Source: Diadema antillarum
Taxonomy: Eukaryota
Direction: 5' to 3'
Length of the DNA: 64,000 nucleotides
NCBI RefSeq assembly: GCF_040938485.1
Contig: NW_027271001.1
Span: forward strand, 4,278,001 to 4,342,000
The notes below the pieces were generated by a model. It saw only the letters and a program-made list of their open reading frames with translations. It was not told where the DNA came from and searched no databases. The position numbers were made by a program, and so were the translations under genes. Positions 25,344 through 40,452 of this stretch are shown here, piece after piece. Within the stretch, counting starts at the first letter, position 1; each line of letters begins with the position of its first letter.

Positions 25344-25549
25344 TACTGTAAAAGTGGTTTCTTTCGTGGTGGTTTTGTTTTCGCACTTTGAGGTTGAACC
25401 GCGAATTTAATATCATGCGAAAATGTTTTGAACTCGTCGCTTGTTACAACGCTATCATTATCGACCGCGAATTTAAACGCACGCGAAAAAGTCGGCACCG
25501 ATGGAAACCGCGAAAGTTTCTGTACGCGAAAAAAACCACTTTTACAGTA
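25344..25549. mobile_element. TA-flanked MITE (TACTGTA family)
   Basis: TACTGTAAAAGTGGTTTCTTTCG ... AAAACCACTTTTACAGTA. Confidence 0.75.
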
Positions 25550-28533
25550 GTTGCTTTTGCCCTGAAAATGCACTCTGTACAATAGGATTGGTAGTATTCG
25601 TATTCACGGAGGGGATCTAAAGCATAAGTAGAGTTCTCAATACATATTGACGGGAAGAATGGACACTTTGTCATCGCTTGTGTATTTTGTAAAGTAAATA
25701 GTAACAGTATTCAGTTTGCCCACCAAAGAAGTCCTATGGCAATTGTTGCACCATGTTTTATATTAAAATCAAGCTTATCAATGATTTGTTTTCTAGTTTT
25801 TGTTGTTGCCTTTAATACCCTTACTCTCCTTTCCTGATTTTCTTCATTCTACATACTCATTGTTGTTTGTTTGTTTGTCTTTTAAAGCCAGACAGCCAGA
25901 GTGAGCTGGATATCAAGAAATGGAAGAAAAAAAAAGAGGGGAAAAGAGGAGTGGGTCAAGCTTTTGTAAAATCATTCTTTGTGCCATGGGCAGGGTTGAC
26001 TTATCAGAAAGTGTCTGGGCTTGAAGTGGACAGATACGTGTAGTAATTATTGCATAATTATGTGAGAATGTCGTGCCTTTTTAGAATTGTACAGATAGTT
26101 TATCAGGCAGACTGAAAATTGAGGTTGTTTGGCCCACCAAATTTTAGCAGTTCTGACAAGATATAATTTTAAACATGCACATTTTTGTTTTTGTTTTGTT
26201 TGTTTTTGTTTGTTAAGGTGTTTTTGGGGGGTTTTTTCCAAGCTTTTTGTGTTCATAGATATTTGCCTGTTGACTTTGGATTTTGTTGTAGAAGGAACTG
26301 CAATGCATTGTATTAGTACTGGCAAACACTCATTGCCGCTTGAAATAGCCTGAGAAGTTTCTGTTTACAATATTTTAAAGATAATTCATGCATGATTGAA
26401 ATAATTATTATGTGTATACAAACATGCAAAAAATATGAATATGGGCAATGAGGAATGATGTATTACCACATGTGACATATCAATATTGGATGAAAATTGT
26501 TAGTTTCAGTACAGACATTGATTTGAAATCTCTAAGCTGACATGATATTGAGACAATGCGATGCAAAGGGCAGAATTACTTAATCTGAGCATGATAAATG
26601 TTGTAACTCGCACTTGTACTATTGCATGAGCACTATTGATGTATGTATGAATTGATTCTTTTTTCATCATCTGCACAGTTTGTGTGCTTAAAGAAACTGC
26701 AGCTTAGCATTATTCCAAAGTCTCACTGCTGTATATTCATTTTATCAAAATTGTATGACAATCACCTATGCGTTATTGGATTTTGTTATTAGTGCATGTT
26801 CAATTTAAAACCAGAATATTAGATTTTATATTTGTAAAAAATGTGTACTTATGTTTTTTCACCCAAGCCTGTGTGATAAATGTCAGTGTGCACAAGTGTC
26901 CCGTTTGGCTTAAAAATATGCATGTGTATAACTGGCATCTGCATCTTGCTAGTTAAACCTGGACAAAACGTTCCTGCAGTAGCATTACAGGGGAGTAAGA
27001 TTAACATGTGCCAATGTCTGGTTTTCTGTGGAATGAACTTGTATCCTTCTGGTACTCAAATGACCAGTTTACTGGTGTTTCGGAATGCATGTACATTTTC
27101 TGTCAGAGGACTTAAGAACAAGTTATTCTACCAATCTGTGTATACACATTGCACCGCAGTACTGCTACTAGGAATCCAGTTTGAATGCATTGCATGTTGC
27201 TGTGTCGGGCAAGTCTCTCGTTGTCAGGAACAATCTGGGCTAGAAAGGTATGCATAAAATTTCAGTGTATTAGGAAGTTAGTCTATTGCTATTATATCAT
27301 AATGTTGCACGCTGCTCTGCCATACCACTTTAATACCTTGTTGTGTCACGTGGCAGTCATTAAGGGCTTTTTGATTGTATGTAAGTGGACTTGTAGTTCT
27401 TTGGTGGTTGCTGTCCACCTTGTTTGAACCCATTTTGATTCTGGCTTTGCGTTACAAACACCACAACGTCGTGACACCACCCTCAGATTAGTGAATTGGA
27501 CACTCAGTGACATCATCCGATCTTCATAGAGTCAAGGCCGACATGAAACCATCCACAGACCCATTCTTTGTTATGGCAGCAGACATGCAAGAGAACAAGC
27601 ATGTGTTGTCTCTGCAAATTGCCCTATCCTGCACAGTCCAATCTGAGAATATGCAAATCAAAAAGCCATTGTTACATAATATTGTGTGGAAAGTGTTACT
27701 TTTGGGGGAACTTTTCTTCTCAATTATGACTATAAGTTATAACGTACACTACCAGAAGAAGACAAGCAAATAAACAACAACTTTACAAAGGGTATTGTTG
27801 CAGATTGATGCCATATTTTGTGAGGATGACCTCTGTGAATGTATTCATGTTATATGACAGAGACATTTATGAAACCTGTTGTCATGGAAACCTGTTGACA
27901 TGGAAACCTGTTGATGCGTTGATGCAGAGGGCTGTCAAAATGATTATTAGCAGTATTATGATTATTGGCAAAGTTTCCTCTTCTTCTGTTGTTCCATTTA
28001 AGGTTTAATTTATCGTTCAATTGTTCCACATCCACTTGATGAGAAGCAGTATTTGTCAGTGCAGCTGTTAATTTAAAGAAAAATGGAAGTGTTTTGATGT
28101 ATTATATTGTAGCAGCGTAGCATGATTAGGTTTAGTGTTTCATCTGTTAGCTTTATGTCTTTAATCAATGCACAATTTCAAAAATGCAGCTATTGTGGTA
28201 TGTTAGAGTTAACTGTGTGTAATTTTGCAATAGGCCTATGTGTGATTGAAAAACAAAATGTTAAGAAATCTGTGATTATGCTTGGCAATGCTTGCTCTAC
28301 AAGTTAGAATTTGGCCCCAAAGCTAGCATTGTTACGCTGGAGCGTATGTTTAAGAGTTTGTCACATCTGTTAAGTTGCGATGTGTGGATTTGTTAAAGAG
28401 AAGTAATGAATAGCAAGTGTTAATTGTTTTCTTGCTTATCTTTGTGTTTGAAGTATGAGATCCTGTGACTTAATCAGAAGTTTCCTCCTGGGAGTCCATG
28501 CAAAGACTTGAACATGACTGTGATTCCCAGGAG

Positions 28534-28757
28534 CAGAGCTGCCAACTAGTACTGATTTTCAGTAATTTCTACTGAAATTGGAGAAGAATACCGAAGGTTA
28601 CAAGCAATATGGAATTGCTGATTTTAGACATCATTGTCTGTGATATATTCTATTACACTGTTTTAAAGATTACTGATTTTCAATCAAAAAAAGGTGCAAA
28701 TTACTGATTTTCAGCCATCAAAGTACTGAAAGGCATTTACAAATGCTGGCAACTCTG
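28534..28757. mobile_element. hAT-like MITE with near-6-bp TSD
   Basis: TIRs CAGAGCTGCCAAC / GCTGGCAACTCTG; flanks CAGGAG / CAGTAG; TACTGA subterminal repeats. Confidence 0.75.
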
Positions 28758-30479
28758 CAGTAGCATGGGGACACATTTGTCAGATTTGAAGACCGATAAA
28801 TTGTGTGAAGAAGCTAATTGCAAATGAGTGTTATTACTGATTTATGTTACTGGCTTGCTAATGACTTGTACTAACATGCAAAGTGCTTTGAATGCAGTAG
28901 AGCAAAGTTTGACACATTTCTTTTTTAAACAAGGAAAGTTTGTGAGAAGTTCTACTTTTAAATGAATAGGAATGATCAAAATAGAGACATGTGATTTTAT
29001 TGTATAAATTAAATGATTATATTTGAAATGACAAGACAATTGCTTAACACATATTGTTTTATTGAGCTGTCTGCACGTGTGAACTCCCTTAATCCCCTTC
29101 CCATCCTCACATTATGCACATCATCATTAATGTGGAAGAGAAAAGAACATACAAAGAGTTTGAATACAAAACATATCAGTGCCTTTTTCATTCTTTTTTT
29201 TTTCTAATTTAAGTTATCAGGTTAAAGAAAAATCAAATCTTTTCAGTGATACTGCATTCATTACCTGTGCATGCAACAAGAAATATTTGGTCATTTAAGT
29301 CATCACATATGTTTAACTATTTTCCCTGTATTTTTCAGCAGATTGAAACTCAAATATCTCAAATTGGTATAGATGATATTTTTTTTTTTTTTGCGTTGAA
29401 ACAACTTATGTTGTTTTATATACCTCAAGAGAGAGTGAATAGCCCAGGTGTAACTAAAATAGAAAACTTGACAAAAATGTGTGAAATATTACTTTAATTT
29501 CTATATCCATCCATGACTGTATGCAGGAGAAGACATAGCATTGTGTAGTAAGCTAGAAATAGACAAAATCTTGACTTCACACAAAATTCTACACCATGTT
29601 ACAAGTAGACTGTAATGAATAGAGTGAGCTCAGATGAACAGGGTAATTGTATCAGACCTAAAATGAGAAAGTTATGGGGTGTTAAATTTTGTCATGTTTT
29701 CACGAATTAACGATGGCATTCACAGCCACACATATAGATCAAAATAGGCGATATGTCACCTTCGAACTCTCCCATTATGGTGTAACACTAAAATATTATG
29801 ATAAAATCATATTTCTAAAGTAGGCAGTTATATGCCCTCCAATGAATCAACATTTTTTTTATAAATGCAAGACTACAAAGATTTTTTTGTGAAGGACACA
29901 ACTTCCCCTTGTTTTTTTTATTTTTTATTTCATGTCCAAAAAGAAAAAAAAACATAGGTACAAGGTGGTAATGTCATCAGCTCCAATTTGCATGCTGTGG
30001 TTAATGCTCAGGGGCCATGGAACGTTTTTTAGGGTGGGGGGGGGGGGGGGGAGGGACAGTCGAGGTCAATGGAACCCCCTCCCGGAACCTTTGGAAATTC
30101 ACAGGTGTCAGATTGATGTGACTGTTCTTCATAACATGCCAAAACTTTCTTGTAGGTCCAATTTTGATGAAAACTCTACCATCGCTGTTTGATTTTATAC
30201 CTTTTTAAAAAGAAAAAAAAAAAGGTTCACTTGCTTGAAGATGGTGTAGAATTGCACAACTTTAAAAGTGGAAGGCAGATCTCTATTTACTTTGAAAACA
30301 GAAGGAAGTGTTGAAAGAAGCAGATCTGAAAGTGCCGTGACAAGTGGACATGCAATGAGAAAGTTTTAAATGTTTTCATCATGAAACAGTGTGGCATTGG
30401 TCACTTACCGAAACCATTTCCCTGGGCTTCCGGACATTTGATATCTGGGGTCCTTATCATGCTCTCTTCTGCCACAGTA

Positions 30480-30723
30480 TATGAAGAGTTTGTTCGCAAA
30501 AACCGATAAGTCCATTTTTGAAGATTTTGAAGTACAGTCTCTAGCTGTCATAAAGTACAAAATAATATCTTTTAAATGATATATTGGTCACTACATATAA
30601 AGGTACATTTTTGAAGTTATGGTCAAAAGAAGCAAAAATTTTCTTATTATTCTCTTTATTTTCCTTGACCTTTAATCGTTGGCAAATATGGACTTATTGG
30701 TTTTTGCGAACAAACTCTTCATA
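30480..30723. mobile_element. TA-flanked MITE (TATGAAGAG family)
   Basis: About 36-bp TIR TATGAAGAGTTTGTTCGCAAAAACCGATAAGTCCAT and its near-exact inverted copy. Confidence 0.75.
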
Positions 30724-31259
30724 TGAACCTTTAGTGTTAGAACCACATCAGTCACATTTGAAATTAGAGCATTGCTTTCATTTTTTTTTGTATAGTATTT
30801 CCTGGTGTTTTTGTAGAGTCTTGAGGCTATTTTTTAGTTTTCTCCGGACAAAGTATGCAAGTAATTTCTTGGGCTGCTTCATAATTAGCCAATAGAAAAT
30901 AAACGGTACTTAACTTATTTTGATGAATTCATGTGTGTCTATCTAATACACTAGAAGTTTAATTCCTATCCATGCAGATTTCAATTCCTGATGATAATCA
31001 AGGCTAACAATTAATGGCTGAATGTTACTTTGAAATGACAAGCGTATGGCTGACTCGCCGACACACACTTTAATTGCTCACAAACACACATAATCAACTG
31101 ATGTACAGTATATATAGGTAGACCAAAACACATGTATACTCTTGATTTTCTGCGCATCTTGAAATATTGCATACAGCTTTATCTGTTAGCTACATTATAT
31201 AGATATTTGTTTTGTTTGTATGTTTTCAAATGCACTATCAAAGCTAATGAATATATGTA

Positions 31260-31318
<59 letters not shown>

Positions 31319-31899
31319 TACATATACATATATTATATATATTACATATATTTATCACATCCAAAGAAACATATTGGCAATGCATTTTTGGCCAATAAAG
31401 TACATATTCATTAGTTTATTCGAGCCCAATAAACTTATGAATATATACACTTTACTTCTTTGTGGAGCCAATAATACTTGAAATCCCAACACGCTTATAT
31501 ATACCTATACATTATTATGTGTTGTATCTTTGCAAGTCTGTCTAAAATAAGGTTATTTTTTGCCTTTGTGCCTAAGTTGCCTTAGTTTGTGTTTATTAAT
31601 TGCCAAGATGAGAACACTGATTTGAACACTTGAAAGTCTGAAATAGGCATGTGTCATTCTGATTTTCATGCTCGATTGTCAACCTGCATGCATGAACAAC
31701 GTATGGGATGAACATACACAGACACAAAATCTCTATGACTTTCATCTTTATATTTTGTTAACCCCAAATCATACGATCACTTCAGGTTGAGCTGGTTTGT
31801 CATTCGACGTTCAACTTTGAACTCTCTGGACCATTGTCAAGCCGGCCAAGTACAGTTTGTATTCTTGATACAACAACTATTTCCATACCAAACACTTCT

Positions 31900-32620
31900 T
31901 GTTTTTGTTGTTGTTGCTGTCGTTTTGTGGGAGAAGAAACGAAGGCGTCGCGTCGATTCGAAGTCACTTTCGTGAAAGCACAGGCATGCGTGCGCGCGGG
32001 AATTAGCGGTAGCTACACGTCATAATCTGTTTTTACCGGTAGTCGCCTAGTCTTAGTACAGTACGTAAAATGTAACCTCCTTGAATATCCTGTAATTCGT
32101 AGTAGTATCGATGATCACCTTGCGTGCACGACCAGGCACAACGCACTCTACTGAAATAACTGAGACGAAACGCAGCTCAATTAATGAGGGAATTGTTATT
32201 GAAGCTGCTATGTGCACGACTTCCTGCATGGTGAGACTGTCGTTTGTATGCGTGTATAAGTTTGCATTCTTCAGGCTAGCCTGCGCCTGGCAATTATGAA
32301 ATTGGCAGGGCTGCAGCAATTGAATTGGGTGTCAGGTGTGGGTGCGCCGCGCCGCTGGCCTCCCGCTAGCGCTGGCGCGCTGCCCGACCAAGGGCCAAGG
32401 CACTGGCCTGCCTGCCTGGCGAATGAATGGCAACTGATGACATAGACAGAAAGATCCGTCTGTCCGGAGGACTCTTTTTGTATTTTGCCATTAACGCCGT
32501 CCTCCGTAGACAGAGGGGATCCGTGAAGCCAGACGTAGTCTCCGCGGAACATTCCCCGACGGACAGATACAGACCGTTCTTTCGGTCAACTGATGACATG
32601 GCTCTAGCTGCCATCACCCG
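31900..32620 (+). promoter_or_regulatory. CpG-rich patch, putative promoter region of paralog B
   Basis: High CG/GCGC density in AT-rich DNA about 2 kb upstream of the B start exon; no transcript evidence available. Confidence 0.35.
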
Positions 32621-32917
32621 GGGGGTGTTTCACGAAGTCGAACTTAAATTAATTTAAGATTGACTAAAAATTATGGTATGCCACTGGTTTCCCTGTTCAA
32701 TTTCATCAGGCTAATCATCACCCACTTCAAATTATCAGTACCGGTAATGTTTACAGAATAATTTCATTGTTAACATGAAAAAGGTCTCCAAAATCTTAAT
32801 TCTTGTAGAAAGTTGGGCAACATTGCCATTGAAGACACATGCAGCATAGATTTACCATAATCTTTAGTCAATCTTAAATTTATAAGTTCGACTTAAAATC
32901 TCTGTGAAACACCCTCC
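32620..32917. mobile_element. Long-TIR MITE, PIF/Harbinger-like
   Basis: About 55-bp imperfect TIRs GGGGTGTTTCACGAAGTCGAACTTAAATTAATTTAAGATTGACTAAAAATTATGGTA and inverted copy. Confidence 0.7.
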
Positions 32918-33987
32918 CGATGTTTTTCGTGCAGCATGCAGCGTTGCTCTCTGCCAGCAGTCGAAGAAAAGTGCTGCTCAGCTGATGATCTTTTTCATGA
33001 AAGTTACTTATATATCATCAGGAACCTGCTATCTTGCATTTTTAGATTTAGAACTGATCTAGAATGTATCTATACTTTGAATTCATGCACAACCCTGTCG
33101 TTGATGAATGCGCATGGCAGATGCAAAGCACGGCGCCTGGTCGGGCGGGCAAGAAGGGCCAGGGTTCCACTTCCACTAGCTCTATGTAACGAGTGCATGA
33201 TTGCCATAACGTGTTTGTCACAAAGAGAGAGTGATTTTTTTGTTGTTGTTTTTGTTGTGACTTAGTTCAATTCAATTGTATTATTTGTGCTTGTGATGAG
33301 AAAGAAAAAAAAATAGATTTAGAAGTTGCGTTGACCACTGCACTGCATAATTGTGTGGACTGTGGTAACAATAAAAATATCATCTCTAACTCTAAGACTC
33401 TAAGAGGGTTGTCCAATTGCAATTCTACTAAACCGAGTTAGACTCTAGATTCTAACAAAGTATAAATGTCTAGGCCTGCCTGAAAGCTTTCCATTCAACA
33501 TTCGATGACATGTCAAAAGACTTTGTGCAATAGTTTCCCTCATTGTCCACAATGATGGCCAGAGTTTGCTAACGAGTTTAACTTAGTTAGGATCTGGTCT
33601 ACAGTACATGTGTAGTATTTATAGAAATTCTAGACGTCTGACTCCTCATGTAAGATGTAGGAATCACTTCTGCTACTCGTGCCAGCAAAGCCCAGAGACA
33701 ATATGTGAGCAGTTATTGTCTGAAGCTAATCACTGTGCACAAGCTGATGATGAGCATGTTGGTCTTTTTTCTTTCAAAGCAAGATTGTGATGGGTTCTGG
33801 CATTTAAATGTATTTGATATATTAAAGCTAATATTTACCGGTAGAACCCTGTTAAGTAGGCCTAATATAACTAATTACAGCTGGGCCTCAATGATGCTAA
33901 AGGTGTAGAACTTGTATTTAAGTTGACGTTGTACTACCAGGTAATGTTGCTTTTTGTCCGTAGTTAATGTACTTCTAGCCCGACCAG

Positions 33988-34104
33988 GGCCCTGTTTTAT
34001 GAAGAGTTAGAATTAATGATATAGTTGATTTCAACTGTAAGTCTAGGGCAGCTTGTGTGGTAAGAAAATTTAAAATCGATTTTATCTTTTGATAAAACGG
34101 GGTC
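33988..34104. mobile_element. Short MITE, PIF/Harbinger-like
   Basis: GGCCCTGTTTTATGAAG / TTTGATAAAACGGGGTC; flanks CAG / CTG. Confidence 0.55.
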
Positions 34105-34478
34105 CTGATGCTGTGCGACTTCTGTACAGCGACAGGGCTGTGTGTACTTCAAACAGTATCCTGCTTCACCCACTCAAAGATGGGTGCTCTTGAGTCTTAT
34201 GACGTTTTACACGTACCAGTACATCCTGCAAGTGTTTCATAAAAGCATTTATTGACATTTAAGTGAAGTCTTATACATGTATTGTAATGTGTATTTATTT
34301 TTGAAATATGGTTCTATTCAATCTTTAGCATCTGTGAAAAGACCTAGGCTCTATAAAATACCATGCTGTAGTTCTTAATAGAGGGGCTTGATTCGTCGAA
34401 TTTTAAAATGAGATCTACATGTACCGGTACCATTCCTCATTACACAGGTTTAGAAGCTGACGGAACTCTACAAGCACC

Positions 34479-34656
34479 ATGGACGTTGTTTCCCTCATCA
34501 AAAGCTCCACGCTGGTCCACATCTGGCTGATGAGTACATTGCTGATCAGCGCCCTCATTGTTACGAGCTGCCAGTGCCTCACCCTCTTTCTGTGGCCTTT
34601 CAGCAAGAGACTGTATCGTGATGCCAACGGACTCATCATGAACATGCTATGGCTAG
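34479..34656 (+). CDS. AGPAT3/4: Paralog B coding exon 1 (MDVVSLIKSS...MLWL)
   Basis: ACCATGG start, CTAG|GTAACT donor, 178 nt; upstream acceptor TACACAG at 34447. Confidence 0.92.
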
Positions 34657-37600
34657 GTAACTTTTGTTTTTAGTCGTCAGACAGTTATCTCTTCACTACC
34701 ATTGTTGTATTTTAAAAAGAGAATATTAGTGTCATCTCCTACCAAGCCTGTTGTACAAAGAGCATACTCTTTGTCATTTAACCAAGAGGTAGCTCATCAT
34801 GAAATTCTCATATGTCTTTAAGTATACTGTAAAAGCGAATATTTTCACGTGAGTAATTTTTCATGTTCTGCCGAGAAAGATCAATTTTGCATGTTTTTGA
34901 TTCTGCTGAATCAAGACATCACAAGGTGGTACACACAACAAGGAAAATATTTGTATGCTTTTGTTTTTGCATTGGTTTCTGGTCGCACAAAATGTGTGAA
35001 AATTTCCACACCACAAACAGTTTCCAATTTCACAATCATTGCATTTCTGTTTTGGTAATCATTGTAGATGCTTTACTTGTTCAGTCTGATGCACTGAATT
35101 TGTCAGTCTTTAGAAAATACAATTGGTACAATACCTGACACATGACTCCAAGAGAAAAATGATGATTGAAAGTAGTCGATTTTTATTTTGCTAATATCTC
35201 TTGTTGCTGTCCTTATTGCATTTAGACTGCTTAAGTTAAAGTTTGTTTCAGCCATTTTTGTGTCATAAATTCCTCCTTGCTATATAGATGCATACATTGG
35301 GTCATATCTTGATTTAAGGTTTGATGGGCAAAACTGTCCTTGCCACATAATTGAATTTGTCCAAGAAGAATGTAAGAGAAATGTGATTTCTTTTAATGTT
35401 GTGCTATCATGAGCTCATAATGAGTGATGTCAGCATATCATTGATCTTTTTAGAACTAGTATGGCTGATTGACAGCTGGTCGGGGTCAGAGGTCATTCTG
35501 CATATGACAGAGGAAGAGATGAGGCTCCTGGGAAATGAACATTGTCTTCTGATCTTCAACCATCGTCAGGACGTGGACTGGCTTGTCACCTGGCAGATTG
35601 CAGAAAAGTTCAAAGTTCTGAGAGTATGAATAGTTTCTTGTCAATGTCTCCACCCCCTCTCCTACCACCATTTCCATGCCATCATCGTCATCTGGATCAT
35701 CATCACCATCACCATCACCATTACCACCACCATCACCACCACTATGATTACTATAACGATATTGCACCACTACCTCCACCATCACCCTCACCATCACCAT
35801 TATCACTACCACCACCATCAACATTACCATCATCACCACCACCACCACAATTACTACATATAACTACATTGTACATGACTACTACCACCATCACCCTCAC
35901 CATCACCACTACCACTACCACCACCATCACCACCACCACCACCACTACCACCACCATCACCATCACCATCACTACCACTATTACCATCACTACCACTATT
36001 ACCATCACTATCACCATCAGTACCACCATCACAATTACCATCATCATCCAATGGCCAGCATTACCAAAGTATGATCACTTTTTGCACTGCATCATCATCA
36101 TCAGCACCATCATCATCACTTTAAACATGCTCTTCACCAGCAATACATCCAGTACCGCTGATATCACCATGGCAACACCACTTGTGTGAGCCATACAAAT
36201 CACAGCAAATTACTGTCACCACCTACCTCCATTGGCACACGGCATGATTTGCATCCCGGTATAGCTTCCTTAGAGCTGCAATTGGAATTACTGCAACAAG
36301 TGACAAGTGACAAGTAACAAGAAACTACTGTCATCATTATTATCATCATCATCATCATCATCATCAAGATTTAATGCCGCTGCTGTTGTCATCACCATCT
36401 TTATTATCATTAGCATCCTCTTTCCCATCACTCACCACCACTGTCTCTTCCATATCATCCTCACCACCAATTTTTACTAAACTTGTCTGTTTCACCAGTT
36501 GAAACATGTGTATCATTGTTGATGCTATGTGACTTTAATTCTAATTTTCATCTTCATAAGACTTGTTGATAAAGCTTCAAAAAAAAAAAAAAGAATTGTA
36601 GTAATGTATCATTTGTCACTTTACATTGATGTTATCATTGACAGATGCTTTGATCCATGGGCAAAAGCCAGAAATTGATATGGAAGTATCACAAATCCTG
36701 GGTGTATTTGGACGCATTGATTGTGGTTTGCCAGTCATATTATATCCATTTATGATGTCTGAAAATACTGAAAGGCAAATTCACTGCGACATTAGTAAGC
36801 TGACTGCAGTGCTTGAAATACCCATCAGCCATCGGCAATTTGCTGCCGAGTCCCTCTTATTGGCCAGAATGCCTCTTTTAAAATCAAACCGTTCACGGCC
36901 ACAATATTTTGTTATTCACTTGTGCCGCTTCTAGTGGATTTGTGCCCCCTTAAAAAAGTGGCTTTTACTCAAATTTGATGAAATTCGAGACCTGTGACTG
37001 AATGAATTTGTGCTGTATAGAGTAACAGTATTGATGTAGGATACCTATGCATAGTATTACAATCAACATGTGAAGCTTTTGTGATGCGTTCTGCTATGCC
37101 TTGACGCCAAAGTTGTCCTGCCTTGTCCGTCTCACACATACAGGGTGCCAAGAGTGTGATGAAGAATGAGCTGAAGTACGTGCCTTTCTTTGGCTGGTCC
37201 TTCTACCTCACCGAGCAGCTGTTTGTCAGCCGCGACTACGCCAAGGACAAGACGAGCCTCATGAAACACTTTAAGAACATTACAACATTCCACCACCCAT
37301 GCGTCGTAAGTTATTGATCTTATTATCCATACATTATTTTGGCAAGCTCTCACATCTTACTGTTTGTCTGTCTTTTTGTTTGTTTGTATTTGTTTGTTTG
37401 TTTGTTTGTATGAAAATAGTCACTTTTTAGTAGTCTGTAATAGCTTATGAAACATCAGTTCACATACTCACCCACTTCCAAGCTTTAATTGGCAGTTAAA
37501 GGTAAACATCAGGGCCCCATTTCATGAAAGGTTGATACGATGACAACTCTTGCTGGAATGGCAATTGTCATGGTAACAACAAGAATCCAGCTTCCTGATT

Positions 37601-40371
37601 GGCTGTTGCTATTGGAAGTTGCCATTCCAGCAAGAGTTGCCATCCTACCATCTTTTATGAAACAGGGCCCAGAAGAGCTATCTATTGTTGAAACTGCTTG
37701 CCAATATGGAAAGAAAAAGTCTGAGTGTATTTGCGTCAGCTTTTTTCCGACCCCCTGAATCAAAAGGAAAAGAAAAACCAGACATGATCATACCGATTTG
37801 TCCAGAGCAGATACCTAAGTGTCTGCATGTTTCCAGTTGAATTCCACTTACTGTGTAAATCTGGGTTGCACTCAAGCACCATATAGAGTTTTGAATGCTG
37901 TCTGCTTTCATCAGGTATGTTACCAGAACATACCAGTGAATGGTTGTCGAACCAATTTTATAGGGCTCAAGTGAGTACAGTGTGTCAATATGACCTGTCT
38001 GTTTCCTGTTTTTTCAAAAGTTTGATAGCCCCCAGAATGAGCTGTGAACAGCTGAAAGTCATTTTCACATACTCTGTATGCAAAGACTAGCCAAATTTGG
38101 GGGAGGAGGTCAAAAATTTCTGGATAGTAACAGCATAGTTTCACCCTTCTGTATGCTTAAGTATATCCCCCTTCATTTGAATATCATAGTATGGCCCAGT
38201 TGGCAAAGTTCAACAATTACTGAAATTGGGCCACCACTATCTTAAACGGTGTCTTTGAGGGTCTGATCCAAAAATAGTGTTCACTTGGGCTAAATTTTCA
38301 TATTGACACTTGTATTTCATGTTATATATCATATAAAAGCTGAGAATCTGCAGTTTTCAGAAAAGTACGTGTCTAATATATTTGACGTCAGACTTTTCCG
38401 TAAATTACCGATAAAACATGAAAAGCGCCCTCTTTGCGCGACGGGACGGACTTTACTTTTTCAAGTAATTTGCACAAAAACTACAAAAGTAGGGGAACAT
38501 CAATTCTTATCATAGAGTACTCTTCCTAGGAGCAGTTCATATCTGGTATTCATTTTTCTCATTATAGTTTAATTTTGGGTCAAAATCTTCATTTTTTCTT
38601 GAAAAAACATGTTTTTCAGCACTTTGACACAAAATTATTATTTTTTCTGTATGATAGACTTGAGTTTGGTCACTCATATTCCATAATGTATCAATGAATT
38701 AGTGGGGCTCTATATCCATGACACTAAATTAAATAATTCTCTATTCATAAGAAAATTATAATTGTCCAACATAATGTCCGTCCCGTCGCGCGACGGGACG
38801 GACTTTACATAATGGTAGGCGCGACGGGACGGACTGCACATGTAAACAATGGTAGGTGCGACGGGACGGAATTTGTATACCACAATGGGCTAGAAAAAGA
38901 GTGTCCCTAACTTGAACAGAATAAAAAGACTACAATGTAATTGGCAAACTTGTGAAAAGAGTAACCATTGTATGTGGTCAAGGGGTTTTATGGATCCTTC
39001 ATCTTCCCTTCAGTTTTTAAATCATAAAGATGTATCTCTACCCCCATCCCATGATCTGATTGACTAGTGAGGTTGACCAATTGAAGTTAAAGAGATGGTA
39101 TAGTTTTGGTCAAGATGGGGCATCAAGTGTTCATCTATTTTTGTGAGGTAATGAGAAACCTTTTATGAAATATAAAACAGCATGTAACTCTTGGAGGGAT
39201 TTAAAGTTTATTTGATGAAAATTGGTTTTGAAATGGCTGATATATGCAAAACAAAGTAAAACAAAGCCAGGTGGATTCCACCTTTTTCGGCAATGGATAT
39301 TATTTGTTTTACTTTGTTTGAGATATGTCAGCCATTTCAAAACTGATTTTCATCTAATAAACTTTAAATTCCTCTTAGAATTGTATGCTCTGTATTATTT
39401 CATATAGTGGTTTCTTAGTATCTTGAAAAAAAAAAGAAGGTATCAGTGTAAAAGCTCAATCTTCATCCCAACCAATACTGTACTCTCCCTTAATATTTGA
39501 TGTTCTGCTGATTTGTAGTTGCATTCATTTTACATGTACATGAATAGCCTTTTACTGTTTGGAGTAATGTACTAAGATCTATGCTTACTTTTTGTTTCAT
39601 TTTGTCCATGATGTAATTCACCAACTTATTTTTAGCAAGGCAATTCCCATTTAGACATTAAAAAAAAATAATTGTAAATTACAAATGCACAGTCTACTCT
39701 GGTAGTCAATACTGCATTGATAAAGCTGATTCTCTTGTCCATGTGTTCGAACTGTATTTTTTTTTTAAATTGAGGTTAATATTTATCAACATGCAGATTC
39801 CTACCCTGTCTGAGAAATAGGGAAGAAAAATTGCCACAAAAAGTTTATGAGAAAAATGGGGAAAAAAATCATTCTTTAATAGACAATTGTTTGAATTTCA
39901 ATACTGAAACACTGATTTTGAGCATCCCCATGATGGAATGCACATGGGGAATTGACAATTCAAAATTCTTCATCTAAAAAATACATAAACCTGTTTCAAT
40001 TCTTAGACACTTCTGACATACAAGTTTAAAAATACAATTTATATTAAAAAAAAGAAATGTCAACAAAATTACTGCAACTCAAAAAAGAGGTGAAGTTTTA
40101 AAACTGAAAAACTACAGCATGGTTGTCAAAAACTGTGATGCTAATATATGATGCTCAACCCCTTGTGGATGGAAAATGAAAAAAAAAAAAACAGCATCTG
40201 GATACTAAGATTATCACAAAATTACTTCCCCAAAATGATTTGCCACTACTCTGAGTGGCGTTGTTGCTGCTGAAAACTTGTATAGACTTTATAGCACAGT
40301 CAGTCAAATCGTGGAGGTAGAATCAAAGCTTGTGCAAATGACGTGCAACGTAATGAGTCTCATTTTCACTC

Positions 40372-40452
<81 letters not shown>

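Noticed and set aside
32434-32460. Hammerhead ribozyme (CTGATGA...GAAA...TC)
   Set aside because: The 8 nt between CTGATGA and GAAA cannot form stem II, and stems I/III were not found.
35486-36189. His/Thr/Val-rich ORFs of 98-215 aa
   Set aside because: Low-complexity trinucleotide tract inside intron 2 of B.
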